Of a stretch of 64,000 nucleotides of DNA, positions 29,896 to 39,195 are shown one piece after another. The DNA is taken from assembly GCA_965203055.1 (NCBI GenBank), contig OZ241863.1, positions 4,064,001-4,128,000 on the forward strand, written 5' to 3'. Position numbers and translations under genes: made by a program. Source of the stretch: Spirochaetia bacterium (GTDB lineage Bacteria; Spirochaetota; Spirochaetia; SZUA-6; Bin103). Positions within the stretch are counted from its first letter, which is position 1; every line of letters begins with the position of its first letter. Under the pieces are notes generated by a model that saw nothing but the letters and a program-made list of their open reading frames with translations, made no database searches and was not told where the DNA came from.

Positions 29896-32077
29896 ACGAC
29901 GTTTCGAACAGCGAAAGCTGCGTGACCGGCGGGACGATATGACTTGGCGGCGCTTGGATCCGCTGGAAGCGCCATATCTCGTCGGTGAGCCCATCGGTCT
30001 CCGGGAGCAGCAGATCGAGGCTGCGCCCTACCTCGCCGGCTTCTCTCCCCGCGCTCAACTCAACCAGAAGTTGGCTCCGAAAGATGACCCGCACGTCGTT
30101 CAACGACAACTCGCGCCCCCCGGCTCTGAATCTCTCAACTCTATGGCTGCAAACTTCCTGCGCCGCCTCAAGCGCGTCCACGCCGGCGCGGCGCTTGCGC
30201 CGATCGGCGGCGCGCTTGCGGCAGATGATCAGCATGTCCAGGTCGATAGGGTGCTTAGCCTGACGCTTTGGGCTGGCACCTGACATCTCAGACTTCACGG
30301 GTTGTGACTGAACCATTGAGAAGCCCGCGCCCAAGACTGCCTCGGCGACCGCCTTCCAACCGCTGTTCCGGGAATGGTGGTAGCTGAAGACGAGGAGCCC
30401 CTGATCACGCAGTACTCGGTTGCATTCCTGAAAGACTGCTCTCAATTTCTGCGAAAACCGGCAGGCGTCGGTGTCCTGCACCTCCTCAGGGCGTCTCGTC
30501 GTGCCACCCGAATCGCACCGGGCAGAAAAATAGAGTTCTTGCCATGCATGGAAGAAGTCAGCCAATTCGGAGTAGTGGACGTTATCGAAGAACGGCGGAT
30601 CGGTGATTACGAGATGCACGCTCTTGTCAGGCAAATCGGTGCTCGCAGAGTCCCCGCAAGAGAGATACGTCGTTCCGGGCGCCAGCCCATCCCTCGGGTA
30701 GCCGGCCAGCGTCGGCGCCCCCATGGGCGGGCTCACGCCGAATACCTTGCGCCCCGAATTGCCGGCACGATGGCGCTCGACGGAGATCTCGAATGGAGCG
30801 TCCCGGTAGTCCAACGCCCTCAGGAGTCGACTCTTGTAGAGCGTAGAAAACGCGCCGGAACTCTTTGGCGTGCCCCACAGGTTAGCTTCAATTGGCGTGC
30901 GCTCCGGCTTCAGTATATGGTGAGAGAACATGTGACGCACGGCGCCGGTGCCTTCCCCCTTGTAGGACGCGAACATATTGTTGAACTCAAGAGCTCCGGA
31001 AAAGAGCAGAAACAGCGCATCGCGCGCTTCCCCGGCAGGCAAGGCTCGAAGCTCAGTGGCAAGCATGGTGAGCGCCAGAAGTTGGCGCTCGTTGAACAAC
31101 TGATGCCAGAATCGGTACCCGTAGTTGAGGATCTGCCTAGTGTTGTACCCGGTCTCTATCGGCATGCAGGGAATCGGGCGATTCATAGTCCGAAGACGTT
31201 GCCGGGCGTTGTCATAGGTGCGTAGATCATCGCCGGTGATGGCAAGATATTCTTTGGAACCGTCGGCTCGAAGAACCAGCTTTGCATACATACGATGACC
31301 GGGAGGTCGGCCGCGCGAGACAGCAGTCTTGGCGATCGGGAACTCGTGCGCGCAGGTCTGACAGACGGCTGTGGTTCGGCGGGCGGGTCCGGTCCGGGGA
31401 TCGAATCTTCGGCCACATGGGCACGAAACGGTTCCGGCGTCGTAGCGACATGACGATATTCGCCCGCAATGAGGACAGACGGCTTTCGACACCGGATGAC
31501 GAATCCGGTCCGCGTGGGAAGCGAAGATATACTTGGGGAAGAGGTCGACGCGGCTTTCGCAGGCGGGACACGAGAGGAACTTCACCCAAAAGTAGTAGAG
31601 GACCTGGCACGGCTGCCCGTCGCTGTCAGTGGACTGATACAGGTGTTGAATCTCGCGTCCCACACTTGCCGCCAGGCGCCCGAAAAGAGTATGGACCTCG
31701 GCTCGGTCGAGCGGACCTAGTGCAACCCTGACTGCTCGGTAAGCGACCGGATTGATGTCGCGGCCGATGGCGGTGCAGCCGAGCTTCTGCGCCTCCCCGA
31801 TGGTAGTGCCGCTCCCCATGAATGGATCGAATACTACGATTCCCGGCAGGCGCAACGGCTCGTAGAACAGCTCCATGACCGAGCTGCCTCGGGGCGCGGA
31901 AGCGGCGATTATCGCTGCGCGAAACACGGACCCCAGGCGCTGCGCCCACCACTTGTGGACGTGGTAGATGGGCCGATATATCTCCTTCCTCCAGCTCTCG
32001 ACTTCCGCGATCTCGCTTATTCGTTCGAACGGAAAATTCTCCTCTATCGCACGCGGGCCGTGCTCAGCCGTCTTCAT
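29885..32077 (-). CDS. Large amino-DNA methyltransferase (DUF1156-like), with Zn-ribbon insert
   Basis: HKWWAQRLGSVFRA, motif I FDPFMGSGTT, motif IV TDPPFFDNVHYSELADFF, four CxxC-like pairs. Confidence 0.88.
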   Translation of the reverse strand: MKTAEHGPRAIEENFPFERISEIAEVESWRKEIYRPIYHVHKWWAQRLGSVFRAAIIAASAPRGSSVMELFYEPLRLPGIVVFDPFMGSGTTIGEAQKLGCTAIGRDINPVAYRAVRVALGPLDRAEVHTLFGRLAASVGREIQHLYQSTDSDGQPCQVLYYFWVKFLSCPACESRVDLFPKYIFASHADRIRHPVSKAVCPHCGRISSCRYDAGTVSCPCGRRFDPRTGPARRTTAVCQTCAHEFPIAKTAVSRGRPPGHRMYAKLVLRADGSKEYLAITGDDLRTYDNARQRLRTMNRPIPCMPIETGYNTRQILNYGYRFWHQLFNERQLLALTMLATELRALPAGEARDALFLLFSGALEFNNMFASYKGEGTGAVRHMFSHHILKPERTPIEANLWGTPKSSGAFSTLYKSRLLRALDYRDAPFEISVERHRAGNSGRKVFGVSPPMGAPTLAGYPRDGLAPGTTYLSCGDSASTDLPDKSVHLVITDPPFFDNVHYSELADFFHAWQELYFSARCDSGGTTRRPEEVQDTDACRFSQKLRAVFQECNRVLRDQGLLVFSYHHSRNSGWKAVAEAVLGAGFSMVQSQPVKSEMSGASPKRQAKHPIDLDMLIICRKRAADRRKRRAGVDALEAAQEVCSHRVERFRAGGRELSLNDVRVIFRSQLLVELSAGREAGEVGRSLDLLLPETDGLTDEIWRFQRIQAPPSHIVPPVTQLSLFETSSTA

Positions 32078-32982
32078 TGGCGGGCGCGGCGGCGGGCGGC
32101 CTCCTGCTGCAGGCGCCGGCGGGCGCCTTCCCAGGAGGGATAATCGCCGAGGGTCCGCGGGCGCCGGCTGCGCACCACCAGCGGCGGCCTGGCGCTGCGG
32201 TCCAGCGCCGCCTGCAGAGCGTCGTAGCCGGCGCGCTCCCGCGCGTTCAGCTCGCGGTAGCCCGGCGTCTCCTGGAAGCGGACGTCCACGCTCCAGCGCA
32301 CGCCGTCGCTGCGGTTCACCCTGCTGCCGTGGAAGGTGAGGTTGTGGAAGGCCAGGAAGTCGCCGCACCGCATCGGCTCGGGGACCGGCGCGCCGCGGCG
32401 CTCGACGTCATCGAAGCTCACCATGTTCTGGTCGGCGCGCCGCGCCCCCGGCAGCAGGCCCCATTTGTGGCTGCCGGGAATGAGCCACAGGCAGCCATTG
32501 CGCTCATCCACGTCGACCAGCGGAATCCATACCGAGATTACCAGGATATGGCCGGTCGCCGGGCCGTAGTACTGGCTGTCCTGGTGCAGCGGGAACGCGG
32601 TGTAGGTGCTGCCGGGCAACTTGGGCCGCAGGTGGTAGTCACCGTTGAACGAGATTTCCTCGCCCAGCAGCGGCTGCAGCGTGTCCAGAATCGCCTCGTG
32701 GCGCACCAGCGCGTACAGCTCGGGGGAGAACAGGAACGTGTTCCAGGAACGCATGCGCGACTCGGTGTCGCGGTAGAGCAGTGCCAGCCGCCGCCCGAAG
32801 GGAGCGTCGGCGTGCACCGATTCGATGGCGCCGGAACGCTGCAGCCCGCGCGCGTGGGCGTCCACGTTGCGGGTGATGAGATCACGGATCGGCTCAAGCA
32901 GGGAGTCCGGCAGCGCGCCGCGCGCCACCAAGTAGCCGTCCTCGGCGAACCGCTCGCTCGGGGTCCGGGTGTCGTTCCGCAT
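32074..32982 (-). CDS. Phytanoyl-CoA dioxygenase (PhyH) family 2OG/Fe(II) oxygenase
   Basis: FAEDGYLV, HQDSQY, WIPL..VDERNGCL..IPGSH, HNLTFHGS..NRS..VRWS. Confidence 0.9.
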   Translation of the reverse strand: MRNDTRTPSERFAEDGYLVARGALPDSLLEPIRDLITRNVDAHARGLQRSGAIESVHADAPFGRRLALLYRDTESRMRSWNTFLFSPELYALVRHEAILDTLQPLLGEEISFNGDYHLRPKLPGSTYTAFPLHQDSQYYGPATGHILVISVWIPLVDVDERNGCLWLIPGSHKWGLLPGARRADQNMVSFDDVERRGAPVPEPMRCGDFLAFHNLTFHGSRVNRSDGVRWSVDVRFQETPGYRELNARERAGYDALQAALDRSARPPLVVRSRRPRTLGDYPSWEGARRRLQQEAARRRARQ

Positions 32983-33059
32983 CTCTCTCGCTCCTCCGCC
33001 GTTTACTTCGCGGCCGGCGCGACGATGAAGACGGGCGCGCCGGTGCCAAAGTATACTCG

Positions 33060-33983
33060 GTGCGCGTGGAACGGTCACCGCTGACACAGGGCGTGTTGTG
33101 GCCGCGGGAACGGCCGCGGCCGGAGGATCGGCCGCTGCTCGCCTGCAGCGACAACCTGGACTTCATGCGCGGGCTGCCCGGCGCGCGCTTCAAGCTGATC
33201 GTCACCTCGCCGCCGTACAACCTGGGCAAGGAATACGAGTCCAGGACCCCGCTCGACGCCTGGCTCGAAACTCAGGAACGGGTGATCGACGAGTGCGCGC
33301 GGCTTCTCCATCCGCAGGGGTCGATCTGCTGGCAGGTGGGCAACTACGTGCACGACGGCGAGATCGTTCCGCTCGACGCCGTCCTCTACCCGCTGTTCCG
33401 GCGCCGCGGCCTGCGCCTGCGCAACCGCATCATCTGGCACTTCGGCCATGGTCTGCACTGCAGCCGGCGGCTGTCCGGTCGCTACGAAACGATCAACTGG
33501 TGGACCGGAAGCGACGATTACACCTGGAATCTCGATTCCATCCGCGTCCCTTCCAAGTACCCCGGCAAGCGCTACTTCAAGGGACCCAACGCCGGCAAGC
33601 TGTCCGGCAATCCGAAGGGCAAGAATCCCAGCGACGTGTGGGAGTTCCCGAACGTGAAGAGCAATCACCCGGAGAAGACGATCCACCCGTGCCAGTTTCC
33701 CGTAGAGCTGGTGGAGCGGCTGGTGCTGTCCATGACGAACGAGGGAGACGCCGTACTCGACCCGTACATGGGGGTGGGGTCGTCGATCATCGCCGCCCTG
33801 ATGCACGGCCGCGCCGCCTGCGGCTGCGACGTCGTACCGGAATACGTGGAGATCGCCCGACGCCGCGTGCGGGAATGGTACGCGGGAACCCTCCGCACCA
33901 GACCGATGGGCAAGCCGATCTACGACCCCACCGTTCCCAACGGCGGCCACCGATTCGGATCGACGCCCGCTACTCTCACCTGA
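33060..33983 (+). CDS. Beta-class N4-C/N6-A DNA methyltransferase (M.BglII-like)
   Basis: VTSPPYNLGKEYE, NRIIW, GKNPSDVW, HPCQFP, VLDPYMGVGSS. Confidence 0.9.
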   Translation: MRVERSPLTQGVLWPRERPRPEDRPLLACSDNLDFMRGLPGARFKLIVTSPPYNLGKEYESRTPLDAWLETQERVIDECARLLHPQGSICWQVGNYVHDGEIVPLDAVLYPLFRRRGLRLRNRIIWHFGHGLHCSRRLSGRYETINWWTGSDDYTWNLDSIRVPSKYPGKRYFKGPNAGKLSGNPKGKNPSDVWEFPNVKSNHPEKTIHPCQFPVELVERLVLSMTNEGDAVLDPYMGVGSSIIAALMHGRAACGCDVVPEYVEIARRRVREWYAGTLRTRPMGKPIYDPTVPNGGHRFGSTPATLT

Positions 33984-34006
33984 ACGGCGAAGAATACCTG
34001 CTCGTT
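33953..34006 (+). pseudogene. 5' remnant of a BglII/BstYI-family restriction endonuclease
   Basis: (I)RIDARYSHLNGEEYLLV overlapping the MTase 3' end; YSHLNG.E.LLV is recalled as the N-terminus of this REase group. Confidence 0.6.
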
Positions 34007-34040
34007 TCATCGCAAGCAGCCATGGTTCCTGTCAGGTACG

Positions 34041-34745
34041 TCAGGTGCGGGCGAACAGATATGCGCGTTGGTTCCGTCCGACGACCTCAAGCGCGCCCAT
34101 GCGCCTCAGCGTGTAGGTCATCATGCCGGCCAGCGGAGCCGGCATGGCGCCGGCCGCGGCCAGAGAGCGATTGGTGAACGGTTCTTCCAGGTGCGAGGGC
34201 AACAGCCGCGCGCAGTCAGTCGGCGTGCGGAAGCGGCGCCGGTCGCACACCGCCTGCAGCCGGGTGTCGAGGATGCTCACGCCGCGGCGTCTCCAACTGC
34301 CGCGCCCGTCGGCGCAACGCAGTTCCTCCACCTCGACCAGCAGCACCTCCAGGGTGAAGTTGGGATCGCGGATCAGGTGCGGAATCCGTATCAATTCCGC
34401 GAACAGATCGTGGTACCCGCCGCGCTTCGGCGACGCCCGGCGGCGCAGCACGCGGCCCTCCGGGTTGGCGGTAACGATCCACTTGCGCCGCGCGATGGGA
34501 AACACCAGGCGCACCGGGTGATCACTCAGCAGCCGGGTCAACTTGCGCCGCAGCTTGGCGAAGCCGCCGGTCTGAATCTCGATCAGCGTACCGCGCCGCA
34601 CCAGGTCGATGACGTATCCTCCGAGCGCCACTTCGGCACGGTCCTGCGGACGCGCGTACCAGCGCTTGAGCGCGGCGTGCAGCGAGCGTTCCCGCAGCTC
34701 GCCGATCGTGCGTCCGGGCCGCGCCGCGACGACGAGGTCAGGCAC
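34041..34745 (-). CDS. Conserved hypothetical PD-(D/E)xK-like nuclease-fold protein
   Basis: ERSLHAALK..Y, GYVIDLV…LIEIQT; directly downstream of pheT. Confidence 0.7.
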   Translation of the reverse strand: MPDLVVAARPGRTIGELRERSLHAALKRWYARPQDRAEVALGGYVIDLVRRGTLIEIQTGGFAKLRRKLTRLLSDHPVRLVFPIARRKWIVTANPEGRVLRRRASPKRGGYHDLFAELIRIPHLIRDPNFTLEVLLVEVEELRCADGRGSWRRRGVSILDTRLQAVCDRRRFRTPTDCARLLPSHLEEPFTNRSLAAAGAMPAPLAGMMTYTLRRMGALEVVGRNQRAYLFART

Positions 34746-34757
34746 GGATACCGGTCA

Positions 34758-36494
34758 TCAACGCGGCAGCGCTGTTCGCAAGTCGTCCAGATGGAGCTCG
34801 GCGGCAGCGCAGGGCATGCCGATCGACCACTGTTCCAGTACCGCGGGGTGCAGCTCGCCGACTACGCCGATCGGGAGCCAGGTGCGCGCTCCACCCGCTG
34901 CCGCCGGCGCGGCCGCCTCGACCCGGGCGGCGCGGCCGGGGATGAAGCGCGGGTCGTCCAGCTCCGCCAGCCGGTGCTCGGCGCCGAGGTAGAACAGCAG
35001 CGCGGCGAGGTGGGCGCCGGCGTCGTTGAAGCCGGCGGCGCGGTCCGCCACCAGCAGCGCGCAGGCGTCGACGGTGCGCGAGCCGGTCGGCTCATCGGCG
35101 GCGCGCAGCGCCACCTTGCCCACCTCGAACATCCGATGGGGATAGGCGGCGTTCTGGGAACTCATCTCGGCGGCCAGCAGGTTGGGGATGATCGAGTCGC
35201 GCACCACGGCGTAACTTTCGGTCATCGGATTGGCCACCTCCACCAGCGGCCGCTCCGGCGCGTTCATGCGCTCGGTGTAGTCGCGCCGCGCGCCCAGATA
35301 GTTGAAGATCATCTCCTGATAGCCGAGCCCCACCAACAGTTCGCGCACCGCGCGCGCGAATTGGGTTTCCGGCGTCAGCCGGCCGGCGGTGAACTCCTCC
35401 GGCAACTCCGGTTCGAAGGTGTCGAGGCCGCGCCCGATGGCGATCTCCTCGACCACGTCCACCGCGTGCAGGAAGTCGTTGCGGTAGGGCGGCGGCGTTA
35501 CCACCAGGGCGGCGCCGTCGATGCGCGCGCGGCTGCCCATCCGCTCCACCAGGCGCTGCCCCTCGGCAGGAGTGACGGTCTCGCCCAGCAGGCGCTCGGC
35601 GGCGGCCAACTCCAGCCGCGTATCGCGCTGGAAGTAGCACGGCGTCACCAGGTCGCGGCCGTGACTGGTGGGGTAGGGGTAGCGGATGCGCACCGGCTGG
35701 ATGGCGTAGCCGGCGTCGGCCAAGTCGCAGGCGGCGATGGCGCAGGCCAGCAGCAGGGTTTCGAGATGGTGGCCGGTGAGTTCCACCATGAACCGGCGGT
35801 CGCCCACGGCCACGTTGCCGAGGTCGGCGCTGTTGATGATCGGCGGGAACGACAAGGCGCGGCCGGCGGCGTCCTCCAGGTAGGGAAACGCCGGCAGGCC
35901 GCGCACGAGGTGGCCGTACTCGCGGCCCTTGGGATGCTGGTCGAGGATCTCGGCCAGCGACAGCTCGCGGTCGCTGCCAAGGGGCACGAACCGGGTGTCC
36001 GGCGGCGCCGCGCGGTAGCGCACCGGCCAGGCGAGGTCGGCGCCGCGGTAGATGCCCATGGCGATGGCGCGGCGGCGCTGGCCGTAGCTGTCGCACAGCT
36101 TCTCCTGCGACTGGACCAGCTCCAGCAGCAACGGCTCGCTCAGCGGCGGGCCGGCGGCGCCGAACGCGGCGATGGCCGGCCGGATCCGTTCGAGGGCCGG
36201 GTCGACCTGCACCTCGCGTTCGCCGGTGTCGGGCGGCGCCGCGGCGCGCGCCATGAAGGGGTAGTCGGGCAGCGCCGCGCCGCGATAGCAGCGCAGGTGG
36301 CGCGCCAGTCCGGGCGTCGACCACAGGTCGGGCCGGCTGGTGTCCTTCAGTTCGACCCGGCGCACGCCGGTAGCGGCATCGTAACCCTCCACCTCCGCCT
36401 TGGCGGTGGAGAGCAGGCGCTCCAGCTCGTCGGGCGGCGGAATCTCCCCCAGCAGGCCGGCGAGCAGCTCATCACGGACGTCGATGGTAGGCAT
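34758..36494 (-). CDS. pheT: Phenylalanyl-tRNA synthetase beta subunit (archaeal/spirochaete type)
   Basis: MPTIDV, DTSRPDLWS..GLAR, SFPPIINS, YRNDFLHAVDVVEEIAI, NPMTESY, YPHRMFEVG. Confidence 0.93.
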   Translation of the reverse strand: MPTIDVRDELLAGLLGEIPPPDELERLLSTAKAEVEGYDAATGVRRVELKDTSRPDLWSTPGLARHLRCYRGAALPDYPFMARAAAPPDTGEREVQVDPALERIRPAIAAFGAAGPPLSEPLLLELVQSQEKLCDSYGQRRRAIAMGIYRGADLAWPVRYRAAPPDTRFVPLGSDRELSLAEILDQHPKGREYGHLVRGLPAFPYLEDAAGRALSFPPIINSADLGNVAVGDRRFMVELTGHHLETLLLACAIAACDLADAGYAIQPVRIRYPYPTSHGRDLVTPCYFQRDTRLELAAAERLLGETVTPAEGQRLVERMGSRARIDGAALVVTPPPYRNDFLHAVDVVEEIAIGRGLDTFEPELPEEFTAGRLTPETQFARAVRELLVGLGYQEMIFNYLGARRDYTERMNAPERPLVEVANPMTESYAVVRDSIIPNLLAAEMSSQNAAYPHRMFEVGKVALRAADEPTGSRTVDACALLVADRAAGFNDAGAHLAALLFYLGAEHRLAELDDPRFIPGRAARVEAAAPAAAGGARTWLPIGVVGELHPAVLEQWSIGMPCAAAELHLDDLRTALPR

Positions 36495-36514
36495 CTTCTT
36501 CTTTCAGGTGCGCT

Positions 36515-38215
36515 TCAATGCGCCACGCGGCGCCGGATCTGATCCAGGTCGGGCGAGAACAGATCGCGGATGTCGTCGATCCCCAACGAAATCATCGCCA
36601 TGCGGTCGATGCCCAGGCCCCAGGCCAGCACCGGCACGTCGATCCCCAGCGGGCGGGTCACTTCGGGCCGGAAGATGCCGGAGCCGCCCAGCTCGGTCCA
36701 GCCCACCGTGGGATGGCGCACGAACACCTCCACTGACGGTTCGGTGAACGGAAAGTAGGCCGGCTCGTAGCGCACGTCCGCGCTGGCCACGCCCGCCACC
36801 TCCTCGGCGAACAGCTTGAGCAGCCCCAGCAGCGTCTTCAGGTTGACCTGTTCGCCGAGGACGATGCCCTCGGTCTGATAGAAGTCGGCCAGGTGCGAGG
36901 CGTCGACTTCGTCGGGCCGGAAGCAGCGCATGATGCCGAAGTACTTGCCGGGAACGCGGGCGCGGGTAAGCGTCCGGGCGGAGACTACGGTGCCATGACT
37001 GCGCAGAATGGTGCGGCGGGCGAAGTCGCGGTCGAACTGGTAGCCCCAGCCGCGGCTGCCGGTATGCCAGCCGTCGGCATGGGCGGCGGCCACGCGCTCC
37101 AGGTAGGGCTCCGGCAGCTGGCTGGCGTACTGCGGCTGCTTGATGAAGTAGACGTCGTGTTCGTCGCGGGCGGCGTGGAACTGCGGCATGAACAGCGCGT
37201 CGCAGCACCAGAAGTTGGTCTCCACCAGCGGCCCGTCGAACTCCTCGAAGCCGAGCCCGGTGAGTTGATCGCGCACCCGGTCCAGGTAGGCGGCGTAGGG
37301 GTTGCGGCGTCCCACCAGCACCCGCCCCGGGGGCGAGTTTACGTTGTAGCGGCGAAAGCTCACCTGCCGCCACGAACCGTCGGCCAGCATCGCGCTGGTC
37401 AGTTGATTTGCCTGGACGTCGGCCGCCATCGCGCCGGTCAGCTTGAGGTCCCCAAGGTCGAATATCTGATCTTCCTGGAGCCCCAGCGAACCGTCGGCCA
37501 GCATCGCGCTGGCCCGGCGATCGATCTCCTCGCCGCTCAGGCCGGCGGCCCCCGCGGCCTGCCTGAGCCCGGCCGGGGTCAGCCGGTAGCTGACGGTCTC
37601 CGTCTCGAGGGCGCGCACCAGCCCCTTGGCGGTGCCGCGCTTGCGGCTGACGGCCGCCGCCTGCTCCCGCTGCGCGGCGCTCAGCTCCGCCGCCGCAACC
37701 GGGCGGCCGCCGGACAGCCGGTCCAGCAGCCCGCGCAGCGCCGCTACCCGCGAGTCGTTGGCGTTGCCGCCCGCGACGCTGACGTGGCGCGCGGCATCCA
37801 TCGCCAACACCCCGGCGCGCGCCAGCGCGCCGTAGGCGGAGCCCACCTCGCGCGGCTCCAGCCCCAACCGGACCGCGAGCTGCGGCATTGGCAGCGGCCC
37901 CTCGGCCCGTACCAGGGCGATGATCCGCTCTTCCGGCAGCCCTTCGCGCCGGTACCGGTCGCCGAGAGCGGTCAACTCATAGCGCAGCTCCTGCGCGCGC
38001 GACTGCTCCGCGATCAGGCCCTTGTCCAGCAACCAACTGAACGCCTGATTGCACTGGCCCAGGTTCAACCCGGCAACCTTTGCATCTCCTTCCTTAAGGA
38101 GCTTTGCATCTGCGGCCATCAGGTCGGCCGCGGTAAACGGCGCGACGGCTGACAGCGCGACGGCGGCGCGCAGGACGCGCACTTCAAGCGGGTGGAGCTG
38201 TTCGACTGAGGTCAT
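36515..38215 (-). CDS. pheS: Phenylalanyl-tRNA synthetase alpha subunit (archaeal/spirochaete type)
   Basis: DALFMPQFHAARD, CFRPDEVDASHL..FYQTEG, YFPFTEPS, ELGGSGIFRPEV, AWGLGIDR. Confidence 0.95.
   Translation of the reverse strand: MTSVEQLHPLEVRVLRAAVALSAVAPFTAADLMAADAKLLKEGDAKVAGLNLGQCNQAFSWLLDKGLIAEQSRAQELRYELTALGDRYRREGLPEERIIALVRAEGPLPMPQLAVRLGLEPREVGSAYGALARAGVLAMDAARHVSVAGGNANDSRVAALRGLLDRLSGGRPVAAAELSAAQREQAAAVSRKRGTAKGLVRALETETVSYRLTPAGLRQAAGAAGLSGEEIDRRASAMLADGSLGLQEDQIFDLGDLKLTGAMAADVQANQLTSAMLADGSWRQVSFRRYNVNSPPGRVLVGRRNPYAAYLDRVRDQLTGLGFEEFDGPLVETNFWCCDALFMPQFHAARDEHDVYFIKQPQYASQLPEPYLERVAAAHADGWHTGSRGWGYQFDRDFARRTILRSHGTVVSARTLTRARVPGKYFGIMRCFRPDEVDASHLADFYQTEGIVLGEQVNLKTLLGLLKLFAEEVAGVASADVRYEPAYFPFTEPSVEVFVRHPTVGWTELGGSGIFRPEVTRPLGIDVPVLAWGLGIDRMAMISLGIDDIRDLFSPDLDQIRRRVAH
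37373..37512. repeat. 26-bp direct repeat 114 bp apart inside pheS
   Basis: CGAACCGTCGGCCAGCATCGCGCTGG at 37373-37398 and 37487-37512 (SAMLADGS twice). Confidence 0.9.
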
Positions 38216-38362
38216 GATGGGAGGCGCTTCTCGCCGGCGGCATGGTACGTCACCGCCCGGCGGCTGTCGAGCCGCGCGCAACCAACCAAAGGGCGCATTG
38301 GGCGCACTTCCAAAGTGTGTTGGTGACTGCCGGCCGGGACCCCAGCCGGCGGGCGCCGGCGG

Positions 38363-38914
38363 CTATCTGCTTGGCGTGTCGTTCTCACCCCGCTCGCGGA
38401 GCATCGCCTCAAGCGCGGCGATGCGCGCTTCCGCCTGGCGGCGGGCGGCCGCTTCGTCATGGAGCCGGGCTTCCGCCTGGCGGCGGGCGGCTTCCGTCTG
38501 GCGGTGGGCGGCGGCTTCGTCATGGAGCCGGGCTTCCGCCTGGCGGCGGGCGGCGGCTTCCATCTGCCACCGCTGCTCCGCCCGCTGCCGCCCCTGTTGT
38601 TCTTCGTCCGACGACAGCAGATAGCTCCGCGTCACCGGATCGTACAGCGGCCGATTCTCCGCCCCGAGCACCACGAACACGTCCGGCGCCACCGAATCCA
38701 TGGTTCCCTCGTTGTAGTAGATCAGCATGTCGGCCACCACGAACACGTCGTCGCGGTGGGCGTAGCGGCGCCGCAGCGCGTCGAAGGCATAGACCAGGGG
38801 AATGAGTTGAAAATAGCTTTCCGCCAAAGGCTCACCGTCCGAACTGGGGTACTCGATCTCGACCGGAGCAACCGGAGCGAGAGCCGTGCCTGCCGCGCCT
38901 GCCGCGTAAGCCAT
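38363..38914 (-). pseudogene. Uma2/DUF820-family endonuclease with in-frame loss of the catalytic core; heptad-repeat tail
   Basis: EYPSSDGEPLAES, DMLIYY, VAPDVFVV join directly to LYDPVT; the expected EVxS and K..Y..LGV.EYW segments are missing; tail (EAAARRQAEARL)n. Confidence 0.7.
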
Positions 38915-39195
38915 CCGTGATCCTCCGCCGCCCACCATACTCCGAACGCGCCGGGTACGCTACCGGAACGACGCGGCCCAGGCGCACCAAAAAGTACCTG
39001 AGCAGACTCCGTTCTGCCCGTAACAGGTCGTGAGGACCGCTACCTGCAAGCGGAAAATGCGCCCGCAACCAAGCCAACCAGCCACCGTTGCCGCGGCGGC
39101 CGGCCGCCTTCAGCCGTAGAGGCAGCGCTTCGCCCATTCTTGGCCTTCGGGCCGACCGGGTTGCCGTCCCGCGCCGCGGCGGCAATGCTGTGCCC

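Noticed and set aside
37373..37512. pheS insertion as an intein or intron
   Set aside because: Only 38 codons, no C/S…HN splice motifs, and explained by tandem duplication
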